A stretch of 64,000 nt of DNA from Vicinamibacterales bacterium (GCA_965223015.1 CBDCVL010000004.1:310687-374686), one strand, 5' to 3'; counted from the first letter of the stretch, positions 1-10,765 are shown. Numbers and translations are program-made. The notes: generated by a model not told the origin, from the sequence alone.

Positions 1-366
1 GATCCGATACTTGTCGAGCGCCGCGGCGCACAGCGGGTACTCCGTGAGTAGGAGATGGCCGTTGTAGTGGAAATCGCCGATGAGCGGCGCGTCGCAGCCG
101 GCGTCAAGCAGCCGCTGCTTGATTTCTGGCACCGCCTGCGCCGCCTGGGGCTGGTTGACCGTGACCCTGACGAGCTCGGATCCGGCATCAACGAGCTCGA
201 CGCACTGCGCCGCGGTCGCCGCAGCGTTGGCCGTGTCTGTCAGTGTCATCGACTGGACGGCGACCGGTGCGCCGCCGCCGATGCGAACGCTGCCAACTCG
301 TACCTCAACTGTTTGATGCCGCGGATTCGTCATGAAGCGGGAGAACAGACCCTTTCCTCGCATCAT
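1..366 (-). CDS. ispG: 4-hydroxy-3-methylbut-2-enyl diphosphate synthase IspG/GcpE, N-terminal part; the gene runs off the left window edge
   Basis: My own minus-strand translation from the ATG-ATG at 366-361 gives [86 protein letters not shown]. This is a typical IspG N-terminus. It is absent from the ORF track because it is open at the edge. Confidence 0.8.
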   Translation of the reverse strand, partial: MMRGKGLFSRFMTNPRHQTVEVRVGSVRIGGGAPVAVQSMTLTDTANAAATAAQCVELVDAGSELVRVTVNQPQAAQAVPEIKQRLLDAGCDAPLIGDFHYNGHLLLTEYPLCAAALDKYRI

Positions 367-432
367 ACCACCGCGTGACTGGCCGGATGGGCGTAACGGC
401 TTTTGCGTGAGGGTGACCCGCGACGGTGAACC

Positions 433-1734
433 CTAGCGCCTAGACTGCACGTCGCGCATCGCCTTCCGTGCCGCCTTGATCGTCCGGGCGACATCACGCT
501 CGCTATGGGCGGCCGAGAGGAACCATCCCTCGAATTGGGAAGGGGGTGGATACACGCCCTGGGCGAGGAGGCTGCGAAAGAAGGTGGCGTACGCGACAGT
601 GTCGGCCGCGGTCGCCGAGGCGTAGTCGGTGACGGCCTGGTCGATGAAGAATGGGGTCAGCACCGAACCGATGCCATTGACCTGGAGCGGCACGCCCGCG
701 TCGCGTGCCGCGGCGCTCAGTCCCTCAGCCAGTTGTGCTCCAAGTGCTGCCAGCCGCGTGTACAGTTTCGCGGAGAGGTTTCGGAGCGCCCAGACACCCG
801 CCGTCATGGCCAGCGGGTTCCCAGAGAGAGTGCCAGCCTGATACACCGGTCCCGACGGTGACACCTGTGCCATGAGGTCTGCCCGTCCGCCGTACGCGCC
901 GACGGGCAATCCCCCGCCGATGATCTTTCCGAGACATGTGAGGTCGGGGAGGACACCAAAGTGTGCCTGGGCTCCGCCTTTTCCGACGCGAAACCCAGAG
1001 ATGACTTCGTCGAAGATCAAGATGCAGTCGTGCTGATCTGCCAGCGCGCGCAATCCCTCAAGAAATCCAGCGGCCGGCGGAATGACACCCATGTTGCCTG
1101 CGACCGGTTCGACGATGATGGCCGCGACCTCACGGCGGTGAGCGCGGAGCAACCGTTTAACCGATGCAAGATCGTTGTACTGCGCGATCATCGTTTCCGA
1201 AGCGGTCGCCGTCGATACGCCGGGGCTTGTCGGGACACCGAGCGTCGTTGCCCCCGAGCCCGCTTGCACCAAGAACGAGTCAGCATGACCGTGATAGCAA
1301 CCCGCAAACTTGATGACCTTGTCACGCCCCGTCGCCGCGCGTGCAACCCGCAACGCGCTCATGGTGGCTTCTGTGCCCGAGTTGACGAACCTGACGCGGT
1401 CCACGGATGGAACCAGGCGACACACCAGTGCCCCTAGCTCAATTTCAACCGCTGTCGGCGCCCCGAAGCTCGTGCCGAGTCGCGCGGCAGCGGCCAGGGC
1501 ACGTGTCAGCTCTTTGGGGGCGTGTCCGTGAATCAGCGGACCCCAGGACATGACGAAGTCTATGTAGGTGTGGCCGTCCACGTCTTCGATCCGCGAGCCC
1601 AGACCCCGGTGAATAAACGGGGGCTTGCCGCCCACGGCGCCGAAGGCCCGGACGGGACTATCGACCCCACCCGGCAGGAGTGACTGGGCGCGGGTGAACA
1701 AGCGATTCGAGCGGCGCTGCGACCGATGCTGCAT
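433..1734 (-). CDS. hemL: glutamate-1-semialdehyde 2,1-aminomutase
   Basis: ORF 433..1755. LFTRAQSLLPGGVDSPVRAF and the class-III aminotransferase body are typical HemL. The likely start is the internal ATG at 1734 (MQHRSQ..). Confidence 0.9.
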   Translation of the reverse strand: MQHRSQRRSNRLFTRAQSLLPGGVDSPVRAFGAVGGKPPFIHRGLGSRIEDVDGHTYIDFVMSWGPLIHGHAPKELTRALAAAARLGTSFGAPTAVEIELGALVCRLVPSVDRVRFVNSGTEATMSALRVARAATGRDKVIKFAGCYHGHADSFLVQAGSGATTLGVPTSPGVSTATASETMIAQYNDLASVKRLLRAHRREVAAIIVEPVAGNMGVIPPAAGFLEGLRALADQHDCILIFDEVISGFRVGKGGAQAHFGVLPDLTCLGKIIGGGLPVGAYGGRADLMAQVSPSGPVYQAGTLSGNPLAMTAGVWALRNLSAKLYTRLAALGAQLAEGLSAAARDAGVPLQVNGIGSVLTPFFIDQAVTDYASATAADTVAYATFFRSLLAQGVYPPPSQFEGWFLSAAHSERDVARTIKAARKAMRDVQSRR

Positions 1735-1842
1735 GACGCGGACGAACGATATCACGACTTGGCGGGGAGATTGGGTCTGCCACCCGGAAGGGCCGACGGG
1801 TGAATCACTCGATGCTATCGTCGTCGATGTGGGCCGCTACGG

Positions 1843-2826
1843 TCACCCCACAAGCTTCGCCGCGTCGCGAGCGTAGTAGGTAATGATCATGTCCGCGCCG
1901 GCCCTCCGGATCGCCGTCAGGCACTCGAGCATGGCCCGTGGCTCGTCCAACCAGCCGTTCAGTGCTGCCGCCTTCAGCATCGAGTACTCGCCGCTCACGT
2001 GGTAAGCGGCCGTCGGATATCCGAACTCGTCCTTCACCTTCGTGATCACGTCGAGGTAGTGGAGCGCAGGCTTCACCATGATCATGTCGGCTCCTTCGTC
2101 GAGGTCGAGCGCAACCTCCCTGAGTGCCTCGCTCACGTTGGCCGGGTCCATCTGGTGGGTACGCCGGTCGCCGAACTCGGGCGCCGACTCGACGGCGTCT
2201 CGGAATGGACCGTAATATGCCGAGCAGTATTTGGCCGCGTACGACAAGATCGCAACCTGGTCGTGGCCGGTTTCGTCGAGCTCGTGCCTGATCGCGGCGA
2301 CGCGTCCGTCCATCATGTCGGACGGGGCGACGATATCGGCGCCGGCGGAGGCATGAGAGACGGCCGTGCGAGCGAGAAGCTCTACCGTCGGGTCGTTCAC
2401 GATTGCCTCGCCTTTGACGATGCCGCAGTGCCCGTGAGATGTGTACTCGCAGAGGCAGACGTCGGTGATCACCAAGAGGTCGTCGACCTGCTGCTTGATC
2501 GCCCGGACTGCAGTCTGGACCGGAGCTTCAGGGTCCCAGGCAGCTGACCCTTTCTCGTCCTTCTGGTCGGGGAGTCCAAAGAGAAGTACGGCGCGGAGAC
2601 CGTCGCGCCGAGCGCCTTCCGCCTCCTGAACGGCTTCGTCGACGGAGAGCTGAAACACGCCCGGCATTGACGGGACTTCACGTCGCACGCCGCTTCCGGA
2701 CCGCACAAAGAGTGGATAGACCAACATCTCCGGAGTGAGCCGCGTCTCGCGTACCAGGTCGCGCATGGCGGCCGATCCGCGCAGGCGGCGTAGGCGGTGC
2801 GTCAGTTGGAGTGGCATCGTCGTCAT
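1843..2826 (-). CDS. hemB: porphobilinogen synthase (delta-aminolevulinate dehydratase)
   Basis: 327 aa with [13 protein letters not shown]....LVYPLFV at the N-terminus and VKPALHYLD / ..YHVSGEYSM motifs, typical HemB. Confidence 0.92.
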   Translation of the reverse strand: MTTMPLQLTHRLRRLRGSAAMRDLVRETRLTPEMLVYPLFVRSGSGVRREVPSMPGVFQLSVDEAVQEAEGARRDGLRAVLLFGLPDQKDEKGSAAWDPEAPVQTAVRAIKQQVDDLLVITDVCLCEYTSHGHCGIVKGEAIVNDPTVELLARTAVSHASAGADIVAPSDMMDGRVAAIRHELDETGHDQVAILSYAAKYCSAYYGPFRDAVESAPEFGDRRTHQMDPANVSEALREVALDLDEGADMIMVKPALHYLDVITKVKDEFGYPTAAYHVSGEYSMLKAAALNGWLDEPRAMLECLTAIRRAGADMIITYYARDAAKLVG

Positions 2827-4370
2827 CCTGTTGTCTGCTGGGTCGCGGCGAAATGGGACACAATCGCTTCAACGAGGGCCGGGACTGTGTAGGTTGTCGG
2901 CATGATCGTTGTCTGGATGTTGAGCTCCGCTGCGGCATCGGCGGTCACCGGTCCGATCGACGCCACAGCCGTGGTGCGGAGCAGGTCGACCGCCGGGTCT
3001 GGACCGAGGATCTTGACGAAGTTTCGCACGGTCGATGCGCTCGTAAACGTCACGACGTCTATCTCCTGCTCGAGCAGCATCTTGTAGATGTCGGGGCCCG
3101 TGTCCTTGTCGCCTTCCGCTAGTTCAGTGCGGTACGCGGCAACGTCGACGACGTCGGCCCCAGCCTGGCGAAGCTCTTTCGGGAGGACCTCGCGTGCGAT
3201 ATCGGCGCGGGGCAGCAGAATCCGTCGATCGGAGAGGTCCTCACGCTCCCGCAACGCTGTGACGATTGCCTCGGCTCTGTGCTCGGTCGGCATGAAGTCG
3301 ACGTGCATCCCACGTTCCGCCAGCCGTCCGGCTGTGGCCGGTCCAATCGCACACAGGCGCACCCCCTTGAGCTCTCGAACGTCACGCGAGCCCCGGCAGA
3401 GTCGCTCCATGAACGCGTCGACGCCGTTGACCGACGTGAACACGATCCAGTCGAAGGTCCTGACCAGGTCACAGGCTTCGTCCAGGGGGCCATAGTCCTC
3501 CATCGGAACGATCCGAATCGTTGGCGCCTCGATCGGCTCGGCGCCCAGGCTCCAGAGTTGGTCGACGAGCGCCGAGGCCTGTTCCTCCGGTCGCGTAATG
3601 AGGATCCGCTTGCCGAAGAGCGGTCTCGAGTCGAACCAACGGAGGTTCTCTCTGAAGGAGACGACCGGACCGACCACGAGAACACCGGACCCGCGCCGTT
3701 GCGCTTCCCGAACGAACTGCTGAATCTCGGAAAGCGTTCCCTCTATCGTGCGTTGGGTCGGCAGCGTTCCTTGGAGAATCAGTGCGGCCGGCTCTTCCGG
3801 TGAACGGCCGTGGGCCAGCAACTCATCGATGATCACCTCGAGCTGTGCCCCTCCGGCGTAGCTGACGATGGTTCCGGCGAGTGGTGCCACCTTGTCCCAG
3901 TCGACGTCCGGCGGAGTGTTCGTTTCCGCCTCATGACCACGGATGAAGACAAGGGCATCGCCGGCTTCGGGATAGGTCAGGGGTACTCCGGCGTAACAGG
4001 GTCCGCCGATCGTCGGAGGGATTCCGGGGACGACCTCGAACGGGATGCCCTGCTTGTGGAGGAACAACGCCTCTCTTCCGCCACTGTCGAAGATGAAGGG
4101 ATCGCCCCACTTGAGTCGTGCGACGGTCTTCCCCTCGTTTGCTTTGTCAGCCAGCAGCAGATTGATCGCGTCCTGCTCCAGCGGCTGCGGCGCGGCGGCC
4201 CCCACGTCGAAGCGCTCCGCATCCGGGCGGACCGACTTCAGGAGTCGGTGGTGAACGAGTCGGTCATACACGACGACATCCGCCGTGCTGAGGGACCGAA
4301 GCCCTCGGACGCTAATGAGGCCCGGGTCTCCTGGCCCCACACCAATCAGATACACACTCGCGGGTTTCAT
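2823..4370 (-). CDS. cobA/hemD: bifunctional uroporphyrinogen-III C-methyltransferase / uroporphyrinogen-III synthase
   Basis: 515 aa. The N-terminal [19 protein letters not shown] is the SAM-dependent tetrapyrrole methylase motif. The C-terminal half ([15 protein letters not shown]..) looks like HemD. Its ends overlap hemC and hemB by 4 nt each. Confidence 0.88.
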   Translation of the reverse strand: MKPASVYLIGVGPGDPGLISVRGLRSLSTADVVVYDRLVHHRLLKSVRPDAERFDVGAAAPQPLEQDAINLLLADKANEGKTVARLKWGDPFIFDSGGREALFLHKQGIPFEVVPGIPPTIGGPCYAGVPLTYPEAGDALVFIRGHEAETNTPPDVDWDKVAPLAGTIVSYAGGAQLEVIIDELLAHGRSPEEPAALILQGTLPTQRTIEGTLSEIQQFVREAQRRGSGVLVVGPVVSFRENLRWFDSRPLFGKRILITRPEEQASALVDQLWSLGAEPIEAPTIRIVPMEDYGPLDEACDLVRTFDWIVFTSVNGVDAFMERLCRGSRDVRELKGVRLCAIGPATAGRLAERGMHVDFMPTEHRAEAIVTALREREDLSDRRILLPRADIAREVLPKELRQAGADVVDVAAYRTELAEGDKDTGPDIYKMLLEQEIDVVTFTSASTVRNFVKILGPDPAVDLLRTTAVASIGPVTADAAAELNIQTTIMPTTYTVPALVEAIVSHFAATQQTTG

Positions 4371-5314
4371 GCGCGATGCTCGGCGATGATGTCTGCGGCT
4401 CCAGCCCTGATGAGCGCGCTGGCGACCTGCTGGCCAAGTCGGATCGGGGAGTCGGCCGGTCCCCGCTGTTGGTCGTGGAGCGCCCGTGACCCGTCGACTG
4501 ATGCCACGACGCCACGTAGCGCAAGGTCGTCACCGGCCGGCACGGCGAGTCCTCCGATTGGGACGTGGCAGTCGCCGCCGAGCGCATCCAAGAGTGCGCG
4601 CTCCGCTTGCAGGGCCGCCATCGACGCCGGATCGTTGACCGTGGCCATTACTTCGATCGTCCCCCAGTCATTCGCGCGGGTTTCGATCGCGACGATACCT
4701 TGCCCCGGTGCGGGCACACACTGGTCGAACGAGAGATGCGCCGAAATCCTGTTCGCCAAGCCCAACCGGACGAGTCCGGCAGTGGCAAGCACAAGGAGAT
4801 CGTACGCGCCCTCGTCGAGCTTCCGAAGGCGCGTTCCCACATTTCCGCGAATCTGCTCGAACCTGGCACCGGGAAACTGTGTGGCAAGCTGGGCCGCGCG
4901 ACGTACGCTGCCCGTCCCGACGCGCGGGTGCTCACCCAGCGATTGCATGAGCACGCCGGCATCGTCGAAGTCTTCGTTCGATCTCTGGGTCGGAAGGGCG
5001 AGGGCATCACGTGCGTCCTCTCGCGGTAGCACGGCGCAAATCGAGAGACCAAGCGGCAGCTCTGATGGAAGATCCTTGGCGCTGTGAACGGCGAGATCGA
5101 TTGTGCCATCGAGCAGCGCCGCCTCGATCTCCTTCACGAAGACCGCCTTGCCACCAACGTCTGCCAGCGGTGTCTGCGACAACCGGTCACCGGTCGTCTT
5201 GATCGTGACTACCTCACACGGTGGTCCTCCCGCTCGGGTGATGGCCGATTCGACCGCTTGCGCCTGCCAGAGGGCGAGCGGACTGCCGCGGGTACCAATT
5301 CGCAGCGCCGTCAC
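4367..5314 (-). CDS. hemC: hydroxymethylbilane synthase (porphobilinogen deaminase)
   Basis: 315 aa. LRIGTRGSPLALWQA, IKTTGD and RGNVGTRLRKL motifs. Confidence 0.92.
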   Translation of the reverse strand: MTALRIGTRGSPLALWQAQAVESAITRAGGPPCEVVTIKTTGDRLSQTPLADVGGKAVFVKEIEAALLDGTIDLAVHSAKDLPSELPLGLSICAVLPREDARDALALPTQRSNEDFDDAGVLMQSLGEHPRVGTGSVRRAAQLATQFPGARFEQIRGNVGTRLRKLDEGAYDLLVLATAGLVRLGLANRISAHLSFDQCVPAPGQGIVAIETRANDWGTIEVMATVNDPASMAALQAERALLDALGGDCHVPIGGLAVPAGDDLALRGVVASVDGSRALHDQQRGPADSPIRLGQQVASALIRAGAADIIAEHRA

Positions 5315-6648
5315 CGAGTCCTCGGTGACGGGACCGCAGGTCGAGCAGGCGCCGTGGCGGCGTCCGAGTCTGGGTTGCCCGGCTCCTCCGGGAGCTTGAA
5401 CAAGCGGTTAAGTGCGTCTGCGTAGACCGCGACCGTCTCCTGGTCGGTGGCCGACTTGAGTTGCTCAGTCGGCGCCAACAGGAGCTTCTCCACCAGGAGG
5501 CGTGTGACCTCTTCGACCCGTTCGCGAGATTCCGGGGGAAGCGAGGAAAGCTTGGGTTCGAGTCGAGCGAGTTCCGACTGACGGATCGTTTCGAACTGGC
5601 GGCGTAGCGCCACGACCGTTGGGATGGCCGCGCGCGACCGGAGCCAGACCACGAACCGGTCAACCTCTTCTTCGACCAGCAGTTCAGCTCGGTCGACCTG
5701 AGATTGCCGCCGCGTCAGGTTCTCTCGCACGATGGTGCGGAGGTCGTCGATGTTGTACAAGAACACCTGCTCAACCTCGCCAGACGAAGGTTCAACATCG
5801 CGTGGTACGCCGATGTCCATGATGAACAACGGCCGGTCGCGTCGCGTACGCATCGCGGTGTCGAGGTGCCGGCGCGTGACGATGGGTGTTGCCGATCCTG
5901 TGGCGGTGATGACGATGTCGGCGGACATCAACTGTGCGGTCATGTCCTCCCAGGGAACCGCTCTGCCGTCGACTTTCGCGGCGAGCACGGCCGCGCGAGC
6001 AGCGGTCCGACTGGCAACGTAAATCTGGCGAAGCTCGTGCGAACGCAGGTGCGTCGCCGTCAGTTCGGCCATCTCCCCGGCGCCGATCAAGAGTGCTCGA
6101 CGACCCTTCAGGGAGCCGAAGATCTTCCGCGCCAGTGAAATGGCTGCGAACGCGACCGACACGGCTCCCTCCCCGATACCAGTCTCCGAGCGCACACGCT
6201 TGCCCACCGCGAACGACCACTGGAAAAGGCGATTGAGGAGTGCGCCGGTGAATCCGCCCTGGGATGCGATCGTGAACGCATCCTTGACCTGTCCAAGAAT
6301 CTGAGGTTCGCCGACGACCAGCGAATCCAAACCCGCAGACGTCCGGAAGAGGTGCCGGACGGCGTCGTTGCCTTGGCGGCCATAGAGATGGGGCGCAAGC
6401 TCGGACTCTGCAACGTCGTGGTATGAGCTCATGAACGCGACCAGCGCCTCACGCTCTCGCGCCGCGTCCTCGCAGATGGCGTAGATGTCGGATCGGTTGC
6501 ACGTTGAGAGGACCGCAAGCTCGGTGATGCCTGGCACTTCGCCCAGTACGGACAGCGCGTCGGGTACTCCTCGCCGTGAGAAGTCGATCCGCTCACGGAG
6601 GTCAACCGGAGCGCTGTGATGGCTGGCACCAAGAAGGATCAGGTTCAT
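5311..6648 (-). CDS. hemA: glutamyl-tRNA reductase
   Basis: 445 aa. GASHHSAPVDLRE, LSTCNRSDIY, and an NAD-binding LLIGAGEMAE motif. Confidence 0.92.
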   Translation of the reverse strand: MNLILLGASHHSAPVDLRERIDFSRRGVPDALSVLGEVPGITELAVLSTCNRSDIYAICEDAAREREALVAFMSSYHDVAESELAPHLYGRQGNDAVRHLFRTSAGLDSLVVGEPQILGQVKDAFTIASQGGFTGALLNRLFQWSFAVGKRVRSETGIGEGAVSVAFAAISLARKIFGSLKGRRALLIGAGEMAELTATHLRSHELRQIYVASRTAARAAVLAAKVDGRAVPWEDMTAQLMSADIVITATGSATPIVTRRHLDTAMRTRRDRPLFIMDIGVPRDVEPSSGEVEQVFLYNIDDLRTIVRENLTRRQSQVDRAELLVEEEVDRFVVWLRSRAAIPTVVALRRQFETIRQSELARLEPKLSSLPPESRERVEEVTRLLVEKLLLAPTEQLKSATDQETVAVYADALNRLFKLPEEPGNPDSDAATAPARPAVPSPRTR

Positions 6649-6671
6649 GACTGTGGCGACACTTCACGACA

Positions 6672-7496
6672 TCAGTAGAAGTTGTGGCTCTGTGTCACGA
6701 AGTAGCTGAGGGGCACGAAATTCAGCAGGAGGATAGTGAACCCGATGGCTGACAGCAGCGCGGCACGCCGCCCACTCCACCCGATGGACCGGCGCGCATA
6801 CAGCGCGAACGAGTAGACGACCCAGCACAGCAGCACGACGAAAATCTTGGGGTCGAGCAGTGACATCGCTTGCACACGCGGGTCGGCGCTGCCCGGCTGG
6901 ATCTGCACCAGCCACACCGCACCGACAACCAAGCCGAGTGTCAGAAACAGCCATCCGACGGCCACTGCGCGACTGTTCATAACGTCGAGAACCTGCAGCG
7001 ACGGCAACCGCGCGTAAAAAAAACCAAGATGCTTGGCCTTGAGCTCTTTGAAGAGCAACACGTACGTGATGCCGACCACGCACGCTAAGGCGAAGCAGGC
7101 ATAGGCAGACAGCAGCGCCGAGACGTGAATCGCAAACCAGGGACTATCGAGTACCGCCGGCCGCTCGGCAACGCTGTTAGTGACGGCAGGGATGATTTGC
7201 AGGATGGCCATCAGCGGCACGATGAATACCCCCATCGCGCGCTCGACGGTCATCATCTCGGTGTAGAGATACGCCAGGGCCAGCAAGCAGACAAACGCCG
7301 AGACCGCACCGGTCGTGCCGACGAACGGAATGTGACCCACCTGCATCGTTTGCATCCCGATCACGAAGGCGTGCGTCAGCGCGCCAAGTACCAGAGTCAC
7401 GGTCGCGACGCGTCCGGCCGCTTCGTTTCGCCGCGCGAAATACACAGCATACGCACCGCTCGCGACGACGTAGAGGACAAGGGGGAGGATGTTCAT
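6672..7496 (-). CDS. cytochrome c assembly (CcsA/HemX-like) integral membrane protein
   Basis: 274 aa and polytopic. It has a Trp-rich WG..W-type segment and sits immediately upstream of hemA, as hemX does in the Bacillus hemAXCDBL operon. Confidence 0.7.
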   Translation of the reverse strand: MNILPLVLYVVASGAYAVYFARRNEAAGRVATVTLVLGALTHAFVIGMQTMQVGHIPFVGTTGAVSAFVCLLALAYLYTEMMTVERAMGVFIVPLMAILQIIPAVTNSVAERPAVLDSPWFAIHVSALLSAYACFALACVVGITYVLLFKELKAKHLGFFYARLPSLQVLDVMNSRAVAVGWLFLTLGLVVGAVWLVQIQPGSADPRVQAMSLLDPKIFVVLLCWVVYSFALYARRSIGWSGRRAALLSAIGFTILLLNFVPLSYFVTQSHNFY

Positions 7497-7502
7497 GAGT
7501 GA

Positions 7503-8450
7503 TCAACCCTTTGGTCCGAAGTACCCCTGCTTGGTGCGCGCAAAAACGTCGTCGCGGTCGACCCGTACCACGATTCGGCGCCATCGGCCGTTGCGCAGGG
7601 GATTGGCCGAGATGTATCCGAGCGAGTACTGGTTCGACAACTCGTCAGAGATCTGCTCGTAGATACCGGCGAGATCGTTGGCGTCGTCGGGGAAGAATGC
7701 GCGACCACCGGTCTCCTGTGCCAGCTGGCGCAGCACGAAGTCAGCTTCCCGAAAGCCGCTACCGCTTTCGTCAACCTTGAGCCCGATCGTGTAGATTGCC
7801 GTCTCGGAGCGCTTGGCCAGGTCGAGCACCTCCTCGAAGGTCACAAGACTGGACGTGTCCTCACCGTCGGATAGCACCACGATCGCTTCACGCCGGACGT
7901 CCTCCACCCGGAGCGGCGCCTTCCCGATCTCCTTGAGCGAGATGTAAAGCGCGTTGTAGAGGGACGTCGACCCACCGGCGGAGGTCTGTCGAATCGCCCT
8001 CTCGAGCTGCTCGATATCGTTGGTGAACGTCTGTAGGACGTCGACGCGACTGTCGAAATCGACGATCTCGGCCAGGTCGTCCGGATTCAGGCGCTGGGCG
8101 AACCCGATCGCGGCCTCCTGCGCCGTTGCCATCTCTTCATCCATACTGGCGCTCGTATCGACGAGGAGCGCCAGGGCGATCGGGAGCTGCTGCCGCGCGA
8201 AGTACGTGATGTCTTGCAGGACACCGTCCTCGTATACCCGGAAGCTTTCCCGACTCAGGTCGGTGACGAACCGGGCGCCCCGATCGGTGACGGTGACGTT
8301 CAGTGAGACGACATCAACACCGGCTCGGAACGCAGGTTGCTGCGGTGCGGTTGGATCTGCCGGTGGCGTCCGCTGCTGTCCGCTCACAGCGACCGCGAGT
8401 GCGGCCACGACCACCGCTCCGGCGACGAGGAAACCACGGGGTCTAGTCAT
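7503..8450 (-). CDS. secreted von Willebrand factor type A (VWA) domain protein
   Basis: Signal-like N-terminus (LVAGAVVVAALAVAVSGQ). LLVDTSASM is a MIDAS-type motif, and VVLSDGEDTSS is also present. It resembles the VWFA-related domain family common in Acidobacteria. Confidence 0.75.
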   Translation of the reverse strand: MTRPRGFLVAGAVVVAALAVAVSGQQRTPPADPTAPQQPAFRAGVDVVSLNVTVTDRGARFVTDLSRESFRVYEDGVLQDITYFARQQLPIALALLVDTSASMDEEMATAQEAAIGFAQRLNPDDLAEIVDFDSRVDVLQTFTNDIEQLERAIRQTSAGGSTSLYNALYISLKEIGKAPLRVEDVRREAIVVLSDGEDTSSLVTFEEVLDLAKRSETAIYTIGLKVDESGSGFREADFVLRQLAQETGGRAFFPDDANDLAGIYEQISDELSNQYSLGYISANPLRNGRWRRIVVRVDRDDVFARTKQGYFGPKG

Positions 8451-9408
8451 TGAGGGCGTTGCCGGTCTTCACCGGGACTCCGCGCGCGTCGAGACCATCC
8501 TGCCGCACGTCGATGTCGATACGCTCGGGCGGAATCAGCGTAGCAGGTCGGGAGTATTCGATGAGGTACTGGCCACGTATCTGGGCTGCGAGGCGACGCA
8601 ACGCCTGTTCGGTCGAGGCGCTCAACAAGAGGTCGTGCCGTCGCCCACCAGTCGTTGAGGGACCAGCATTCAGGAATCGATCTCGTTCGATATTCTGAAA
8701 CTCAAACGGACTGGACCCGAGACCTCGGTCCAGGAATGAGCCTGGCCCAAGCGCCCCGACCGTTTGTCCCGCTCTCGGCCGAGGACGTCCCTGTGACAGC
8801 ACGACCGTGTGCAGGACGACGCCCGCGTCCACCAGGCGATCAAGCGCCGTCCGGTCGTCCATGTTGCTGTAGTCGATCCCAAGCGTCGAGAGGACGACGA
8901 TAATCGGTCGGTCAGCACTCCGCCGAACGAAACCCTTGCTTGTCTCGACCGCCGCATCGAGGAGATAGCTTGCCGTCGAGGAGTACGAGAAGATCCCGTC
9001 TACCCCCTGGGCGAGTTGCTCTTGGTCCTGGCTCGCGTTGGCGAGGATCCTGGGGGTTCCGCCAAAGCTGACAATCGAGATCTCGTTGCCCTCATGCATC
9101 GAGTCGACGAACGCGGCCGCCCCCTTTTTGAAGTCGCCCATGGCCCGTCCGGCAGCCTGGCTCGTGTCGACAAGTAGCGCAATCTGCTTGGGCTCCGTGT
9201 CGAGCCGGACGCTCAAGACCTCGCGCTCGACGTCGTCCTCGATCACGACGAAGTCAGAGGAGGTGAGGTTGGTGACGGGAGCGCCGTCGCGATCGACGAC
9301 CGTAGCAGCCAGCTCTCGCGTGACTGACTGCGCGTGGGCCACCCCGTCTGTGGTCGACAGGGCAACGCTGGCTGCAAGACCGATCAGGGTTGTTTGGACG
9401 AATCGCAC
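8443..9408 (-). CDS. secreted VWA domain protein (second paralogue)
   Basis: ORF 8443..9552. ALLVDTSQAA and VVLSTLG are VWA-like. The signal peptide VRFVQTTLIGLAASVALS begins at the GTG at 9408, with GAGGGA upstream, so I trimmed the 5' end. Confidence 0.65.
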   Translation of the reverse strand: MRFVQTTLIGLAASVALSTTDGVAHAQSVTRELAATVVDRDGAPVTNLTSSDFVVIEDDVEREVLSVRLDTEPKQIALLVDTSQAAGRAMGDFKKGAAAFVDSMHEGNEISIVSFGGTPRILANASQDQEQLAQGVDGIFSYSSTASYLLDAAVETSKGFVRRSADRPIIVVLSTLGIDYSNMDDRTALDRLVDAGVVLHTVVLSQGRPRPRAGQTVGALGPGSFLDRGLGSSPFEFQNIERDRFLNAGPSTTGGRRHDLLLSASTEQALRRLAAQIRGQYLIEYSRPATLIPPERIDIDVRQDGLDARGVPVKTGNALND

Positions 9409-9570
9409 TGGAAATCCCTCAGGATCGCGCCAGGTGCTGCCAGGCTGGCTCCCTCCTTCGAAGTATAGGTCCCTGTCTCCGACACCGTCAAGACGGTTCG
9501 TTCTCCGAAACCTATTGCAAATGCAAGACTTGCGAGATTGGTAGAGCGTCACCGCCCCATGTGCCTGTTT

Positions 9571-9601
9571 CTTGACCGCCCACCCGGGCGCATGTTACAA
9601 A
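9571..9601 (+). promoter_or_regulatory. possible sigma70-type promoter upstream of nuoA
   Basis: TTGACC (9571-9576), an 18-nt spacer, then TACAAAT (9595-9601), about 90 nt upstream of the nuoA ATG. Pattern match only. Confidence 0.25.
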
Positions 9602-9690
9602 TACCCCGGTTTTCCGGTCCTCATATCGCGTCACTTGCCACGGCAAGCCCTGTTTGGCGCGAGCGATCACCGCGAGAGGCTTTCTGGGTC

Positions 9691-10047
9691 ATGTTGGACA
9701 CGTATATCCCGATATTTCTGTTCACGTTGGTTGCGATTGGCTTTGCGATCTTCACCTTGATTGTCTCAGGACTCGTCCATCCGAAGAGCTATAACCGCGT
9801 CAAGTTAGAGCCATATGAGTGTGGCATCGAGCCGCTCACAGATGCGCGTGATCGCTACAGCATTCGCTACTACTTGATCGCCATGCTGTTCGTCATCTTC
9901 GACGTGGAGACCGTCTTCATGTTTCCATGGGCGGTGATCATGGACGAGCTCCTTCTGTTCGGCCTGATCGAGATGATGGTGTTTCTGTTCATTCTCGTCA
10001 TCGGCTACGCGTATGCGTGGCGCAAGGGTGCGCTGGACTGGGCGTAG
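9691..10047 (+). CDS. nuoA: NADH-quinone oxidoreductase subunit A
   Basis: From the internal ATG at 9691: MLDTYIPIFLF...EPYECGIEP...RYSIRYYLIAMLFVIFDVE..FMFPWA, canonical NuoA. Confidence 0.88.
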   Translation: MLDTYIPIFLFTLVAIGFAIFTLIVSGLVHPKSYNRVKLEPYECGIEPLTDARDRYSIRYYLIAMLFVIFDVETVFMFPWAVIMDELLLFGLIEMMVFLFILVIGYAYAWRKGALDWA

Positions 10048-10072
10048 GGCTTTGAGTGTCTGACGGCTGCTG

Positions 10073-10765
10073 ATGGCTGACGAGAAGAAACCCGACGACG
10101 AAGCGGCGAAGCCTGCAGCGCCCACGGCCAACCCGCCTGCAGCGAAACCGGCCACTGGAGCGCCGAAGCCCAAGCCGAAACCCAAGGCTCCGCCAGAGGC
10201 CCCCAAGGGGCCTTCCGATCCCCCGCCACCCGAGGAGATGGAAGTGCCGTCGTATGTCGCGGCGCTCCAGAGTGGCGTCCCTGGCGCGGTGGAGGCCCTC
10301 AGCTTTTGGGTCGGTGACTGGACGGCGATCGTGCCTGCGGATCGACTGCTCGAGGTAGCCCGCTTTCTGAGAGACGATCAAACGACTGCGTTCGACTACT
10401 GTTCAGACGTCACAGCTGTCGACTGGCCACCGCGAGCACAGCGCTTCGACATGATCTACTGCCTGTCTTCGACCCGTCTGCGTCAGCGAATTCGGGTGAA
10501 GGTCCGAGCTGCCGAGGGCGACCCCGTGCCCTCGGTGGTTGAGGTCTGGCCCGCGGCGAATTGGCTCGAGCGCGAAGTGTATGACCAGTACGGCGTGAAC
10601 ATCGTTGGGCATCCTGACCTGCGGAGGATTCTGATGCCAGATGACTGGCAGGGACATCCACAGCGCAAGGACTATCCGCTCGAGGGACCTGGCGAGTTCC
10701 TGATGGAAAACCCCCAGGATTGGCTCCGTCTGCGCAATCTGTCTGACGAAGCGGAAATCGAGTAA
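10073..10765 (+). CDS. nuoC: NADH-quinone oxidoreductase subunit C with an N-terminal Pro/Ala/Lys-rich extension
   Basis: The C-terminal 160 aa ([48 protein letters not shown]) is canonical NuoC. The first ~60 aa are low complexity. Confidence 0.88.
   Translation: MADEKKPDDEAAKPAAPTANPPAAKPATGAPKPKPKPKAPPEAPKGPSDPPPPEEMEVPSYVAALQSGVPGAVEALSFWVGDWTAIVPADRLLEVARFLRDDQTTAFDYCSDVTAVDWPPRAQRFDMIYCLSSTRLRQRIRVKVRAAEGDPVPSVVEVWPAANWLEREVYDQYGVNIVGHPDLRRILMPDDWQGHPQRKDYPLEGPGEFLMENPQDWLRLRNLSDEAEIE

Noticed and set aside
3810-5087. 425-aa plus-strand ORF overlapping cobA/hemD and hemC. Similar long antisense ORFs occur at 25204..25842, 25766..26494, 30110..30817, 34529..35371, 36580..37548, 39088..40023, 41532..42404, 42666..43358, 47871..48980, 54864..55532 and 56908..57597.
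   Set aside because: They lie antisense to genes with unmistakable homology-type motifs. They are rich in Arg/Ala/Pro/Ser, as expected for non-coding frames in high-GC DNA, and they have no recognisable motifs.
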